The position numbers were made by a program, and so were the translations under genes. Positions 8,906 to 17,773 of a stretch of 40,949 nt of DNA are shown piece by piece. The notes under the pieces are model-generated. The model was given only the letters and a program-made list of their open reading frames with translations, did not search any database and was not told the DNA's origin. Every line of letters starts with the position of its first letter. Positions within the stretch are counted from its first letter, which is position 1. The DNA comes from Candidatus Uhrbacteria bacterium. GTDB lineage: Bacteria > Patescibacteriota > Patescibacteriia > UBA9934. The DNA is taken from assembly GCA_903827265.1 (NCBI GenBank), contig CAIKHN010000032.1, positions 1 through 40,949 of the forward strand, written 5' to 3'.

Positions 8906-9132
8906 TTCTCGGTTTCACGAGTCCCTTCTGCGCATCGCTGACTTCGATCTCGCCACTGGTAGGGGATTGATCCCACGTAATTATTCAACCAGTCCTCTTC
9001 CGAGGAACGATTCGGAGTGAAGGAACAACGCGGCCTCGGCGACGCAGGAACCTTGGTTCCCCGTGTTCCGAGGTCTTCTGCTTTTCAAAACCCCAAAGAT
9101 CTGATATCCTGCGGACGCAATTGTCAAAATTT

Positions 9133-9207
9133 GCGCTGGTAGCTCAGTGGTAGAGCAAGAGCCTTTTAAGCTCGTGGTCGCGGGTTCGATCCCCGCTCGG
9201 CGCACCA
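9133..9207 (+). tRNA. tRNA-Lys(UUU)
   Basis: Cloverleaf with acceptor GCGCTGG/TCGGCGC, anticodon loop CTTTTAA, T-loop TTCGATC and encoded CCA. Confidence 0.95.
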
Positions 9208-9394
9208 AAAATACCCCGTCTTTATGGCGGGGTATTTTTGTGCGACGAGAGCAGACCAACAATTTGGCCTGCGTCGGGGATCGAACGCCGGAGTGCTGTT
9301 CCGACACCAGTTGGAACCACGAGGCGGTGGCCAGCCCGAGGGGAGTGTCGACGACCCGAGAGGCGAGGCCGATCCCCGCTCGGCGCACCAAAAA
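9187..9394 (+). repeat. tRNA-linked repeat: 25-bp direct repeat of the tRNA-Lys 3' end, period 183 bp
   Basis: CGATCCCCGCTCGGCGCACCAAAAA at 9187-9211 and 9370-9394. Each copy runs into a terminator-like hairpin (9207-9239 and 9390-9422). Confidence 0.9.
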
Positions 9395-9462
9395 ATCCCC
9401 ACAAAACGTTGGGGATTTTTTGTAAGCCGAGAGAAAGCAATCAGTTTTGCTTTTGCGTAATC

Positions 9463-9506
9463 AAAAACCCCGTCGCACCAGCGAGACGTGCCGCTGGTGG
9501 CGGGGT
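9463..9506 (-). terminator. Long bulged hairpin with T-tract after the minus-strand orphan gene
   Basis: Minus strand ACCCCG-C-CACCAGCG-loop-CGCTGGTG-CGA-CGGGGT-TTTT. Confidence 0.65.
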
Positions 9507-9534
9507 CTTCGTGGCGTGACGGGGTGCGTCGCGT

Positions 9535-10170
9535 TCAGGCGGCGGAGCGGAGGATTTGTTCCAGGCCGTCGTAGAAGGCGTGGAGGCGAGGGAGGGTCGA
9601 GAGAAACCCCTTTTTCAGCTCATCGCTACCTTCCTCGCTCGTCGGCGCTGCGTCGACGATTGCGCACATTGCCGAAATGCGCGTGGACGGTCGATACGCA
9701 AGGAACGGTACTTTCTCGCGTGTGAGGTCGTAGTATCCGCTCGTGATGAACGCTGTGGTCTCGCAGGGAATAATTTGGGCGTCCATCGCGACTTCCAGGG
9801 CGAAAATTTCGCCGAGTGCGCCGAGTGCGTTGAACGTCCGATTCCTGATGATGCCCCCGACGATCTCGTCGGTCTCGCGGCGCCGAAGGCTCTCCAGGGC
9901 ACGGTTCGTATCCCAGGACGCCGGTTCCATGCCGTTGGTGAGCACGTGTGCCATTTGGGCGAACCGCTCCTTGCGAAGCTCTTCGTCTACAAACAATTTG
10001 TCGAGGATTGCTGCCTGCTCGGTGCGGCCTTCTCGCCCGAGCATGCGTAGCGTGGTTTCCGGTCGGTGCCAGTACGCTGCATGGAGCGCGGCCATTTCCC
10101 GAAGGTAGCGGCGGAGCGTTTCCGGCGGGAATCGGCGCGAGGCGAGAAGCGTGAAGACGTCGTGATACAT
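9535..10170 (-). CDS. Hypothetical protein, possibly a degenerate heme-oxygenase-like (TenA/PqqC/CADD) helical fold
   Basis: GC-rich ORF with ALGALGEIFALE and C-terminal AFYDGL. Start at ATG 10170 (alternative 10218). Upstream TGTACA-N17-TAGCAT at 10231-10259. Confidence 0.6.
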   Translation of the reverse strand: MYHDVFTLLASRRFPPETLRRYLREMAALHAAYWHRPETTLRMLGREGRTEQAAILDKLFVDEELRKERFAQMAHVLTNGMEPASWDTNRALESLRRRETDEIVGGIIRNRTFNALGALGEIFALEVAMDAQIIPCETTAFITSGYYDLTREKVPFLAYRPSTRISAMCAIVDAAPTSEEGSDELKKGFLSTLPRLHAFYDGLEQILRSAA

Positions 10171-10282
10171 CGTGGGGTGATCCACGAGGAGGGGGAGAAG
10201 GAGCATGAGAAGCACCATTGTGGCGAAAAGATGCTAGCAAAAATTCGCCGCTTTGTACAGAAAAATACGCTATACTTCTTTC

Positions 10283-12823
10283 ATGTCTTCTCTTTTACCA
10301 TTTCATGCCATCGAGGCGCATGATGCGCTTCTTTCATTGCGATCTTCGATGTCTGGCCTCACAACAGACGAAGCGCGAAGGCGATTATTAGCCGCCGATA
10401 CGTGGAGCGTTGCACCGCCGAAGCCTCAAGGCGTTCTGCAATTGTTGTGGAAACAGTGTCGGAGTCCTTTCATTGTTCTGCTTGTTATTGCGATTGGTAT
10501 TTCATGGTGGACGGGTGAGGTTCTTGATGCGGCGGTAACGCTTGTTGTTGTTCTTGCGAATATTGGTTTAGGATTTTTTCAGGAGTTTCATGCAGACCGT
10601 GAGTTTTTTGCATTGCAACAATATTTGCCGAAGCGTGTGACGGCCCGACGTGACGGAGTGAGTGTAACGATCCCGGCCGAGGAACTTGTTCCAGGAGATC
10701 TTGCGCTATTTCATTCCGGTCAGAATATTGTGTGCGATGGGCGTATTTTGGAATCAACAACCTGCTCGGTCAGCGAAGCTGCGCTTTCTGGAGAGTCGGC
10801 CGCGGTTGAGAAACAGTCGTCTCTTTGTGTTGCGACGATTGGCATTTTTGCTCGAACGAACATGGTGTATGCCGGAACGTCGATGCTGTCTGGCCAAGCG
10901 ACAGTGTTAGTGACGGCGCTTGGCTCGCAAACAGAATTCGGAAAAATTGGGGCAATGACGATGGGCGTTGTTGAGCGTGAAACGCCGCTTGAGGGGGAAA
11001 TGGATCGAGTCTCTCGATTCTTGACCGTCATGATTCTCATTCTTGCAGCCGTCGTCTTTGTTGCCGCGGTTCTTCGGGGTGATTCCTTAATTTTCGCCAT
11101 CTCACTTGCGGCAGCTTTGGCGATTGCAGCAATCCCAGAAGGCTTGCCAATGACGTTAACGGTGCTGCTTTCTGCTGCGATGCGTCGGATGTTTCGTCGT
11201 GGAGTGCTGGTTCGGCATTTGAACGCAACTGAATCGCTTGGATGCGTGAATGTGTTGTGCGTTGATAAAACGGGAACGCTTACAACAGGGGAAATGTCGA
11301 TTGTCGAGGTGAAATCGCAAAAGCCCGATCTTTCTGCTGCGCTCGGGTGTTTTGCGGCAATGCATGCAGAGACGGGCAGTGGCGCGTTTGCTGGTGCCGC
11401 GACGGCCGATGCGGTCATGCGATACGTTCGTGATACTGCGGGTTTGAAAAAAATCGATTCCGTTGCAACGATTCCATTTGATCCAACATCTCGGATGAGT
11501 GCGTGCCTTTTTCAAGGTACAGACCGAATGATGTTCGTGATGGGTGCGCCAGATGTCGTTGTAGAACGTTGCGATATTCGTGATGCTGAGCGTACGCAAC
11601 TTTTGAAGACTATCAATGAAATGGCTGCACGAGGACTTCGGGTTATTGCGCTTGCATCGTCTTCGCTTGGAAGTCAGACATTCACGATTGATGCGTTTCG
11701 TGACGGAACGATTCTTGGTTTGCTCGGTATTGAAGATCCGTTGCGCAAAAGCGTTCCAGCGGCAATTGCTCATGCTGCTCGAGCCGGAATACGTACGGTC
11801 ATGATGACGGGCGATCACCCGGAAACTGCGCGAAATATTGCTATGCAGGCGTTTGGTTCGGGGGACGTTGCCGTTACGCTTGGTGCAGATTTCGCTGCGA
11901 TGTCGGCGCCGGATCGATTGCAAGCAGTGATGCATACGACGGTGTTTGCTCGTATGCTTCCTGAACACAAGCTCCTCGTTGTTGAAGCATTACACGCCAA
12001 CGCTATGCGTGTTGCCATGACGGGTGATGGTGTGAACGATGCGCCTGCACTGAAAGCTGCTGACGTTGGCATTGCCGTCGGCCATGCGACAGAAGTCGCG
12101 AAAGAGTCTTCTGATCTGGTGCTTCTTAATGGCGATTTTGCAAGCATTACTGCTGCAATCGCGGAGGGGCGAACGGTATTTACGAATGCGAGAAACGTGA
12201 CGATATTCCTTCTTGCTCTCGGTCTTGGTGAAACATTTGGTGTTCTTGCCGCCTTTCTTTTTTCAATGCCTCCATTCCTGACGCCACTCCTCATTTTATG
12301 GCTGAATGTGGTTACCGATGGAATTCCTGCAATTTTCTTTGCCTTCGAAGGATCGGATCCTCGTGCGATGCTCGAGAATCCCCGTTCGCCAAGCGATGGA
12401 CTAGTTTCTCCAGACGTTCGCGCGTTCCTCTATTTTTCATCGGGAATCCTCGCCACTGTTCTTTGTGGATTCCTCTTTTTCCTTCGAATGAGCGATACGG
12501 ATTCCGTTGCGATTCTCACCATGAGTTACGTGCTTGTTGGTACGCTTGGCATAAGCTTTGTGTTTGTTACGCGGTCACTTCGAACATCGGTTTTACGAAA
12601 TGTTTTTGCAAAAACACCGCTATGGATTGGAGCGATTCTTGGCATTTGTTTCCTCGTCATTCCGCTTCTGACGCCCGGGCTTCGATCTCTTTTCGGCTTG
12701 GCTGAGCTCTCGCCTTCAATGATTGGCATTGTGTGCGCCGCGGTGGTTCTTGTGCTTCTCCCGTTGGATATCGCAAAGAAACGGCTCGTACACCGCGCGA
12801 CAACGTCAGATTTGATATCATGA
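10283..12823 (+). CDS. Cation-transporting P-type ATPase (type II-like)
   Basis: SGES, IPEGL, DKTGTLT, MTGDH and TGDGVNDAPALK. Confidence 0.95.
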   Translation: MSSLLPFHAIEAHDALLSLRSSMSGLTTDEARRRLLAADTWSVAPPKPQGVLQLLWKQCRSPFIVLLVIAIGISWWTGEVLDAAVTLVVVLANIGLGFFQEFHADREFFALQQYLPKRVTARRDGVSVTIPAEELVPGDLALFHSGQNIVCDGRILESTTCSVSEAALSGESAAVEKQSSLCVATIGIFARTNMVYAGTSMLSGQATVLVTALGSQTEFGKIGAMTMGVVERETPLEGEMDRVSRFLTVMILILAAVVFVAAVLRGDSLIFAISLAAALAIAAIPEGLPMTLTVLLSAAMRRMFRRGVLVRHLNATESLGCVNVLCVDKTGTLTTGEMSIVEVKSQKPDLSAALGCFAAMHAETGSGAFAGAATADAVMRYVRDTAGLKKIDSVATIPFDPTSRMSACLFQGTDRMMFVMGAPDVVVERCDIRDAERTQLLKTINEMAARGLRVIALASSSLGSQTFTIDAFRDGTILGLLGIEDPLRKSVPAAIAHAARAGIRTVMMTGDHPETARNIAMQAFGSGDVAVTLGADFAAMSAPDRLQAVMHTTVFARMLPEHKLLVVEALHANAMRVAMTGDGVNDAPALKAADVGIAVGHATEVAKESSDLVLLNGDFASITAAIAEGRTVFTNARNVTIFLLALGLGETFGVLAAFLFSMPPFLTPLLILWLNVVTDGIPAIFFAFEGSDPRAMLENPRSPSDGLVSPDVRAFLYFSSGILATVLCGFLFFLRMSDTDSVAILTMSYVLVGTLGISFVFVTRSLRTSVLRNVFAKTPLWIGAILGICFLVIPLLTPGLRSLFGLAELSPSMIGIVCAAVVLVLLPLDIAKKRLVHRATTSDLIS

Positions 12824-12830
12824 CAGCACT

Positions 12831-14288
12831 ATGGATCTCTCCAGTATCCACAATTTTCAAGACGCAGTGGTGACAGTGATGGGTTTAGGCCGATACAAAC
12901 GGGGGAGCGGAATGGGCGCAACAAAATGGTTGGTACGTCATGGCGCGCAAACCGTTATTACCGACCTGAAAAATGCTGACGAGCTCAAGGAGTCGGTCAC
13001 GATCATCATGGATTGGTATCGTCGATATCGAGAATTGTATCCAGATCGTACGCTGTACCAACCGGTTTTCGTACTGGGCGAGCATCGACAGGACGATTTT
13101 GTAAATGTTGACTGTGTTGTACAGAATCCTGGCGTACCGAGCGAGTCGGAATATATTGTTGCCGCAAAAGAACAAAAGGTTTCTATTGAATCCGACGTGA
13201 GTTTATTTTTCCGTTTTTACCAGCAACCGATTATTGCCGTGACCGGAACCAAAGGGAAGACAACAACAACGCTTTTGCTCGGGGAAATGATGAAGCGAAA
13301 AGACGAAAAGACGGTTATTGCGGGGAACGTTAAGGTGTCGCCGCTTGAGCATCTCGACGAGTTAATCGAGGAACCAAATGCTATCCCAGTTGTTCTTGAG
13401 CTTTCATCATGGATGCTTGAGTCGTTGCCGCAAACATTTACCGATATCAAGCGCGGCCCAGCGATATCGATTCTGACAAACGTATATCCGGACCATTTGG
13501 ACCGGTATCCGTCATTCGATGCCTATGTTGCAAGCAAGCGAATTATTTTTGAGCACCAAATGCCCGATCAGTACACACTATTGAATGCTGACCATGAGTT
13601 AGTAAAAACCATGGCGCCACTCGTAAAGGGAAAACTCTTTTGGTTTTCGAAAGTCCCACGCGAAGAAAACGGATGTTACATGAAGGATGGGAATGTGGTG
13701 TTCCGGAATAACGGCGAAGAAATTATTGTTGTTCCGGCTGCCGATGTTGCACTGAAGGGCGATCACAACGTTGAAAATATTTTGTCGGCAACATGTGCCG
13801 CTATGCTGTCCGATGTTGCGGTCAGCGACATTGCTGATGTGTTGCGTCATTTTGAGGGCGTTGTTGATCGACAAGAAATGGTGAGAGAGATCGATGAAAT
13901 TACGTATATTAACGACACCGCGGCGACTGGCCCGGATGCGGTGATTGCGGCGTTGCGACGGTTTGGAACCGACAAGAAAGATATCGTCCTTATTGCCGGA
14001 GGTGTGAATAAAAAGCTTGCATATGAAGGGCTGGGGGAGGAAATTGTAAAGGTGTGTAAAGCGGTTTTTCTGTTTCCTGGCGATGCGTCGGATTTACTGA
14101 ATGCAGCCATCAAGGGCCGGATTCCCGTAACGATGGTAAAAAACATGAAAGAAGCCGTACAAGGCGCTCGTGCTCTTGCTGTTGGGGGCGATACGGTGCT
14201 GCTTTCTCCTGGCGCCGCAAGTTTTAATCTCTTCCGCAACGAATTCGAACGCGGTGAACAGTTCCGTGAGGAAGTTCGGAATTTGTAA
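12831..14288 (+). CDS. murD: UDP-MurNAc-L-Ala:D-Glu ligase
   Basis: AVTGTKGKTTT, LELSSW, DHLDRY, INDTAAT, LIAGG and LLSPGAASFNLFRNEFERG. Confidence 0.95.
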   Translation: MDLSSIHNFQDAVVTVMGLGRYKRGSGMGATKWLVRHGAQTVITDLKNADELKESVTIIMDWYRRYRELYPDRTLYQPVFVLGEHRQDDFVNVDCVVQNPGVPSESEYIVAAKEQKVSIESDVSLFFRFYQQPIIAVTGTKGKTTTTLLLGEMMKRKDEKTVIAGNVKVSPLEHLDELIEEPNAIPVVLELSSWMLESLPQTFTDIKRGPAISILTNVYPDHLDRYPSFDAYVASKRIIFEHQMPDQYTLLNADHELVKTMAPLVKGKLFWFSKVPREENGCYMKDGNVVFRNNGEEIIVVPAADVALKGDHNVENILSATCAAMLSDVAVSDIADVLRHFEGVVDRQEMVREIDEITYINDTAATGPDAVIAALRRFGTDKKDIVLIAGGVNKKLAYEGLGEEIVKVCKAVFLFPGDASDLLNAAIKGRIPVTMVKNMKEAVQGARALAVGGDTVLLSPGAASFNLFRNEFERGEQFREEVRNL

Positions 14289-14296
14289 TCGCTCCG

Positions 14297-14359
14297 TGGT
14301 GACTCGGGACGACTGTGCGCTCGTTGCGCTCCGTACGGGGGGCCTCCCTCGGTGCCACC
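14297..14359 (-). repeat. Internally deleted, inverted copy of the 18615/32110 intergenic element
   Basis: The minus strand reads CGAGGG...CGCAACGAGCGCACAGTCGTCCCGAGTCACCA, matching blocks of the full copies. Confidence 0.7.
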
Positions 14360-14388
14360 CGTTGATTCGTTCGCTTCGCGAATTCTCT

Positions 14389-15717
14389 ATGCCTCTCCTT
14401 CGTAAAATCAAATCACTCGTGCCTTCATCAATGATTGCGCAGTATCATCATACGCTCGCGAGCCTTGCGGAAATCGTTTACCGCCATCCGTCAAATGAGA
14501 TGATCGTGGTCGGTGTGACGGGAACAAACGGCAAATCATCGACGGTGAACTTTTTGGCGCAAATTCTTACTGCGCTTGGTTATACGGTTGGGTACACATC
14601 AACCGCGGGATTCAACATTGCGGGGAATGACGTCGTAAATGCCATGAAGATGACGATGCCGGGGCGCTTTACATTGCAGCGATTGTTGAGGTCGATGGTG
14701 AACGCTGGGTGTACGGTTGCAATTGTGGAAACGTCGTCGCAAGGCTTAATTCAACATCGGCACATTGGGATTAATTATGACGTTGCGTTGTTTACGAACC
14801 TTACGCCTGAGCATATTGAGGCGCACGGTGGATTTGAGAACTACAAAAAAGCGAAAGGTATTTTGTTTAAGCACTTGACGGCTCGATCGAAGAAAACGAT
14901 CGGAGGGAAATCGATTTCAAAGGTGAATGTGGTGAATGCCGACGATGAACACGCAACGTATTATAGATCGTTTCGAGCGGATCGGCATATTGGCTTTGGC
15001 ATGAGTGGAACGCCGAGCAACGATCGGCTCGTCGCGTACGTCGAACATCATGATTTGCAGCATGGTGTGACGTTGTCGGTGAACGGAGTCGAGACGTCAC
15101 TTGCGCTTGCTGCGGATTTCGAGCACAAGAATGCACTTGCGGCTGTTGCTGGTGCTGTGGCGATTGGTGAGCCGCTTGCAGATGTGATGCGTGCAGCGGG
15201 ACTGCTTCATTCCGTTCCTGGTCGATTTGAAATGATTGATTGCGGCCAACCGTTTACCGTGATTGTCGATTACGCGTACGAGCCGTTTGCGCTGTTGGCG
15301 TTGTATCGTTCGCTTGCGCCACTAAAAACTGGGCGCGTGATTGGCATTCATGGTTCAGCAGGTGGAGGCCGCGATGTTGCGCGACGAACGGAGATTGGGC
15401 GCGTTGCTGCGCAAAACGATGACATTGTTATTGTGACGAATGAGGATCCTTACGACGAAGATCCACGCACAATTATTGAGGCTGTTGCTGCCGGAGCTCG
15501 TGCACATGGAAAAATTGATGAGCAAACACTATTCATGGTGAACGATCGACGCGAAGCAATTGCAAAAGCAATGTCCCTCGCGAAGGCAGGAGATGTCGTT
15601 TTGGTGACAGGAAAGGGATCCGAGCCAGTCATGGCAGTTGCAGGAGGAAAAATTCCATGGGACGACCGAACGGTTGTTCGCGAAACGCTGATTGCGAATG
15701 GATATACGGCAGTATGA
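14389..15717 (+). CDS. murE: UDP-MurNAc-tripeptide synthetase
   Basis: GVTGTNGKSS, ETSSQG, FTNLTPEH, VPGRFE, VDYAY, AGGGRD, NEDP and GKGSE. Start set to ATG 14389. Confidence 0.93.
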   Translation: MPLLRKIKSLVPSSMIAQYHHTLASLAEIVYRHPSNEMIVVGVTGTNGKSSTVNFLAQILTALGYTVGYTSTAGFNIAGNDVVNAMKMTMPGRFTLQRLLRSMVNAGCTVAIVETSSQGLIQHRHIGINYDVALFTNLTPEHIEAHGGFENYKKAKGILFKHLTARSKKTIGGKSISKVNVVNADDEHATYYRSFRADRHIGFGMSGTPSNDRLVAYVEHHDLQHGVTLSVNGVETSLALAADFEHKNALAAVAGAVAIGEPLADVMRAAGLLHSVPGRFEMIDCGQPFTVIVDYAYEPFALLALYRSLAPLKTGRVIGIHGSAGGGRDVARRTEIGRVAAQNDDIVIVTNEDPYDEDPRTIIEAVAAGARAHGKIDEQTLFMVNDRREAIAKAMSLAKAGDVVLVTGKGSEPVMAVAGGKIPWDDRTVVRETLIANGYTAV

Positions 15718-16199
15718 CGCAGCGTAAATTTTTCACTCTTGAACCGACCGAAGAATTTCTTGGCGTGATTCGCCCAAGTTTGTGGACCTTAACTCCACGC
15801 GTGCTTGCGGCATTGGTTCTTGTGGTGTTTCCGTTTGCCTTTTGGCCGTCACTGCTCACGATCGGTATTCTCTTTGGTGGCGTTCTCGGTGCAATATCGT
15901 GTATTGCCGGTGTGCTTGTTCTCCGTGACGTTCGGCGACATTATTTAGAGAACGGAGTGTATCTCACATCGCACAGAGCAATTGATGTGCATGCTCGTCG
16001 TCGATCATTCCGAACAACGGAACTTCTGTGGAGTAATGTCGAGAAGGTTGCGGCGATGTATCACGGAGTGTCGTCAATCATTGGATACGGTCATGTATGT
16101 ATTCGTGGTGCAGATGTCGACGGATTTTCGTTGGTTGTTGGTCCGGTGTGGAAACCTGATGTATTGATTCCTGCACTTCCAGTACTTAAGGTACAATAA
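15714..16199 (+). CDS. Hypothetical membrane protein with bacterial PH-like domain
   Basis: Two TM segments followed by YLTSHRAID...IIGYGHV. ATGA overlap with the murE stop. Confidence 0.65.
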   Translation: MTQRKFFTLEPTEEFLGVIRPSLWTLTPRVLAALVLVVFPFAFWPSLLTIGILFGGVLGAISCIAGVLVLRDVRRHYLENGVYLTSHRAIDVHARRRSFRTTELLWSNVEKVAAMYHGVSSIIGYGHVCIRGADVDGFSLVVGPVWKPDVLIPALPVLKVQ

Positions 16200-16207
16200 G
16201 AGCGAAT

Positions 16208-16615
16208 ATGGTGAACGATCGTATTATTCGTAGCCGTTCCCGATTTCGTTTTGCGACGATTCTTCCCGTGGTGCTTTTGGTATTGGTTGGTTTTGGATTT
16301 GGCGAAGAGTATTTGCGAAACAAAGAAATTGAAGCGCAGATTGCTGAAATGCAACAGGAGAATGCAAAACTCGACGCAGATCGTCTTGCGTCGTTGAAGC
16401 TCATCGATACACTTTCAAGTTCGTATTACGTTGAGGGTGAAGCACGGAAAAATGGCATGGGAAAAGATGGTGAACAGCTTATTATCGTTGAAGGGCAGGG
16501 GACTGCAACGCATGAGTCATCGTCGACGGTAAGCCAAGATGATGTCCCGAACCCGTTGCGATGGTACGATTACTTTTTTGATCACGAGGCGTTTGTGAGT
16601 TTTGGAATGCTATGA
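16208..16615 (+). CDS. Septum formation initiator (FtsB/DivIC-like)
   Basis: TM segment, coiled coil and YVEGEARKNGMGKDGEQLI. Confidence 0.8.
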   Translation: MVNDRIIRSRSRFRFATILPVVLLVLVGFGFGEEYLRNKEIEAQIAEMQQENAKLDADRLASLKLIDTLSSSYYVEGEARKNGMGKDGEQLIIVEGQGTATHESSSTVSQDDVPNPLRWYDYFFDHEAFVSFGML

Positions 16616-17505
16616 CCGTGATATGGCATCACGAACATCGCGTTCATGAGCGATACGTTGCGCCGGAACGTTCCCGGGTTGTTTCCGCTATTGTTCTTGC
16701 GGTTTTGGTGCTGAGTGTTGCTTTGGCGGGTGGATGGTTTTTTTGGAAAGGGTGGAGAAGCGGAGTATTTCCGGCGGTTGTAGAGCGGACACTGTACGTC
16801 CCGATTGGTTATGCCGACGGACATGTGTTGTGGTTTCCTGGTGTTGCTCGTCTTGCACGAGGCATTGCGGCTGCAGATGGTCGATCGGCGGTCTCTGAGG
16901 CCGACTACGCGCAGGCACTTGATGCGCTCGTTCGACGAAATGCACTTGAAGATCTTGCAAAAGCAGAACGAGTGACTGTTTCAAATACCACCGTCGCTGC
17001 TGCGGTGACGTGGACCGACGACATTCGGGCATTTGAGTCGCTCGCAGGGTGGAGCGATAGTGAATATGTGCAGTCCATCGAGCGGTCATTTGTTCTTTCG
17101 AATGCCGTTGAGGATGCAATTCTTACTGACGAATCTCTTCAGGCCAAAGCGCATGAGCGCATGGCTGATATTCAATCGAAGCTTGCGCTCGGCATTCTTT
17201 TTGAAGATGTCGCGAAAGAATATTCCGAAGATCCTGCGACAGCGCAGATTAAAGGAAGTTTTGGGTACGTGTTGCCGTCAGAAGTTGATGCGGCGTTTGC
17301 TCCAGTATTTGATTTGCCACGAAATACCGCTTCTGAGGTGTTGACCGGTACTGACGCGTATTGGATTCTTCGCGTTGAGGACGCTGTTCCTGACGAACAT
17401 GGAACGCGGTACTTGCTGAGAGGTATTGCAGTAAAAAAGGCGACGCTTGCATCGGTTCTCGACGATCGAACAGCAGAAATCACTTCGCATCTGTTGGTGA
17501 AATAG
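16612..17505 (+). CDS. Membrane-anchored parvulin-type peptidyl-prolyl isomerase (SurA/PrsA-like)
   Basis: N-terminal TM segment and FEDVAKEYSEDPATAQIKGSFGYV. Confidence 0.8.
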   Translation: MTVIWHHEHRVHERYVAPERSRVVSAIVLAVLVLSVALAGGWFFWKGWRSGVFPAVVERTLYVPIGYADGHVLWFPGVARLARGIAAADGRSAVSEADYAQALDALVRRNALEDLAKAERVTVSNTTVAAAVTWTDDIRAFESLAGWSDSEYVQSIERSFVLSNAVEDAILTDESLQAKAHERMADIQSKLALGILFEDVAKEYSEDPATAQIKGSFGYVLPSEVDAAFAPVFDLPRNTASEVLTGTDAYWILRVEDAVPDEHGTRYLLRGIAVKKATLASVLDDRTAEITSHLLVK

Positions 17506-17560
17506 CGGTGCATCCTTCGCTTTACGCCAAGGAAGGATCGTGATATAAAACTGCCCGCGT

Positions 17561-17635
17561 GCAGGAGTAGTTCAGTGGTAGAACGTCTGCTTCCCAAGCA
17601 GAAGGTCGCGGGTTCGATCCCCGTCTCCTGCTCCA
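17561..17635 (+). tRNA. tRNA-Gly(CCC)
   Basis: Acceptor GCAGGAG/CTCCTGC, anticodon arm TCTGC-TTCCCAA-GCAGA, encoded CCA. Confidence 0.96.
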
Positions 17636-17643
17636 ACATTTTG

Positions 17644-17719
17644 GCCATTTTAGCTCAGCTGGTAGAGCAATGCTTTCGTAAAGCAGAGGTCCCGGGTTCG
17701 ATTCCCGGAAATGGCTCCA
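17644..17719 (+). tRNA. tRNA-Thr(CGU)
   Basis: Acceptor GCCATTT/AAATGGC, anticodon loop TTCGTAA, T-arm CCGGG-TTCGATT-CCCGG, CCA. Confidence 0.96.
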
Positions 17720-17750
17720 AAAAATCCCTCGATCCTATCGGGGGTTTTTT
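17719..17750 (+). terminator. Terminator after the tRNA pair
   Basis: AAAAAATCCCTCGAT-cct-ATCGGGGGTTTTTT. Confidence 0.75.
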
Positions 17751-17773
17751 GTTTCAAGTACAATGAGTGCAGT

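Noticed and set aside
9187-9394. Prophage or genomic island attL/attR at tRNA-Lys
   Set aside because: Only 158 bp lie between the repeats and there is no integrase or cargo; kept as a tRNA-linked repeat instead.
8981-9519. ORFs overlapping tRNA-Lys and its repeat
   Set aside because: They are translations of tRNA, repeat and terminator sequence.
14170-14388. N-terminal extension of MurE in the ORF track
   Set aside because: It overlaps murD and the deleted repeat; ATG 14389 gives a normal start.
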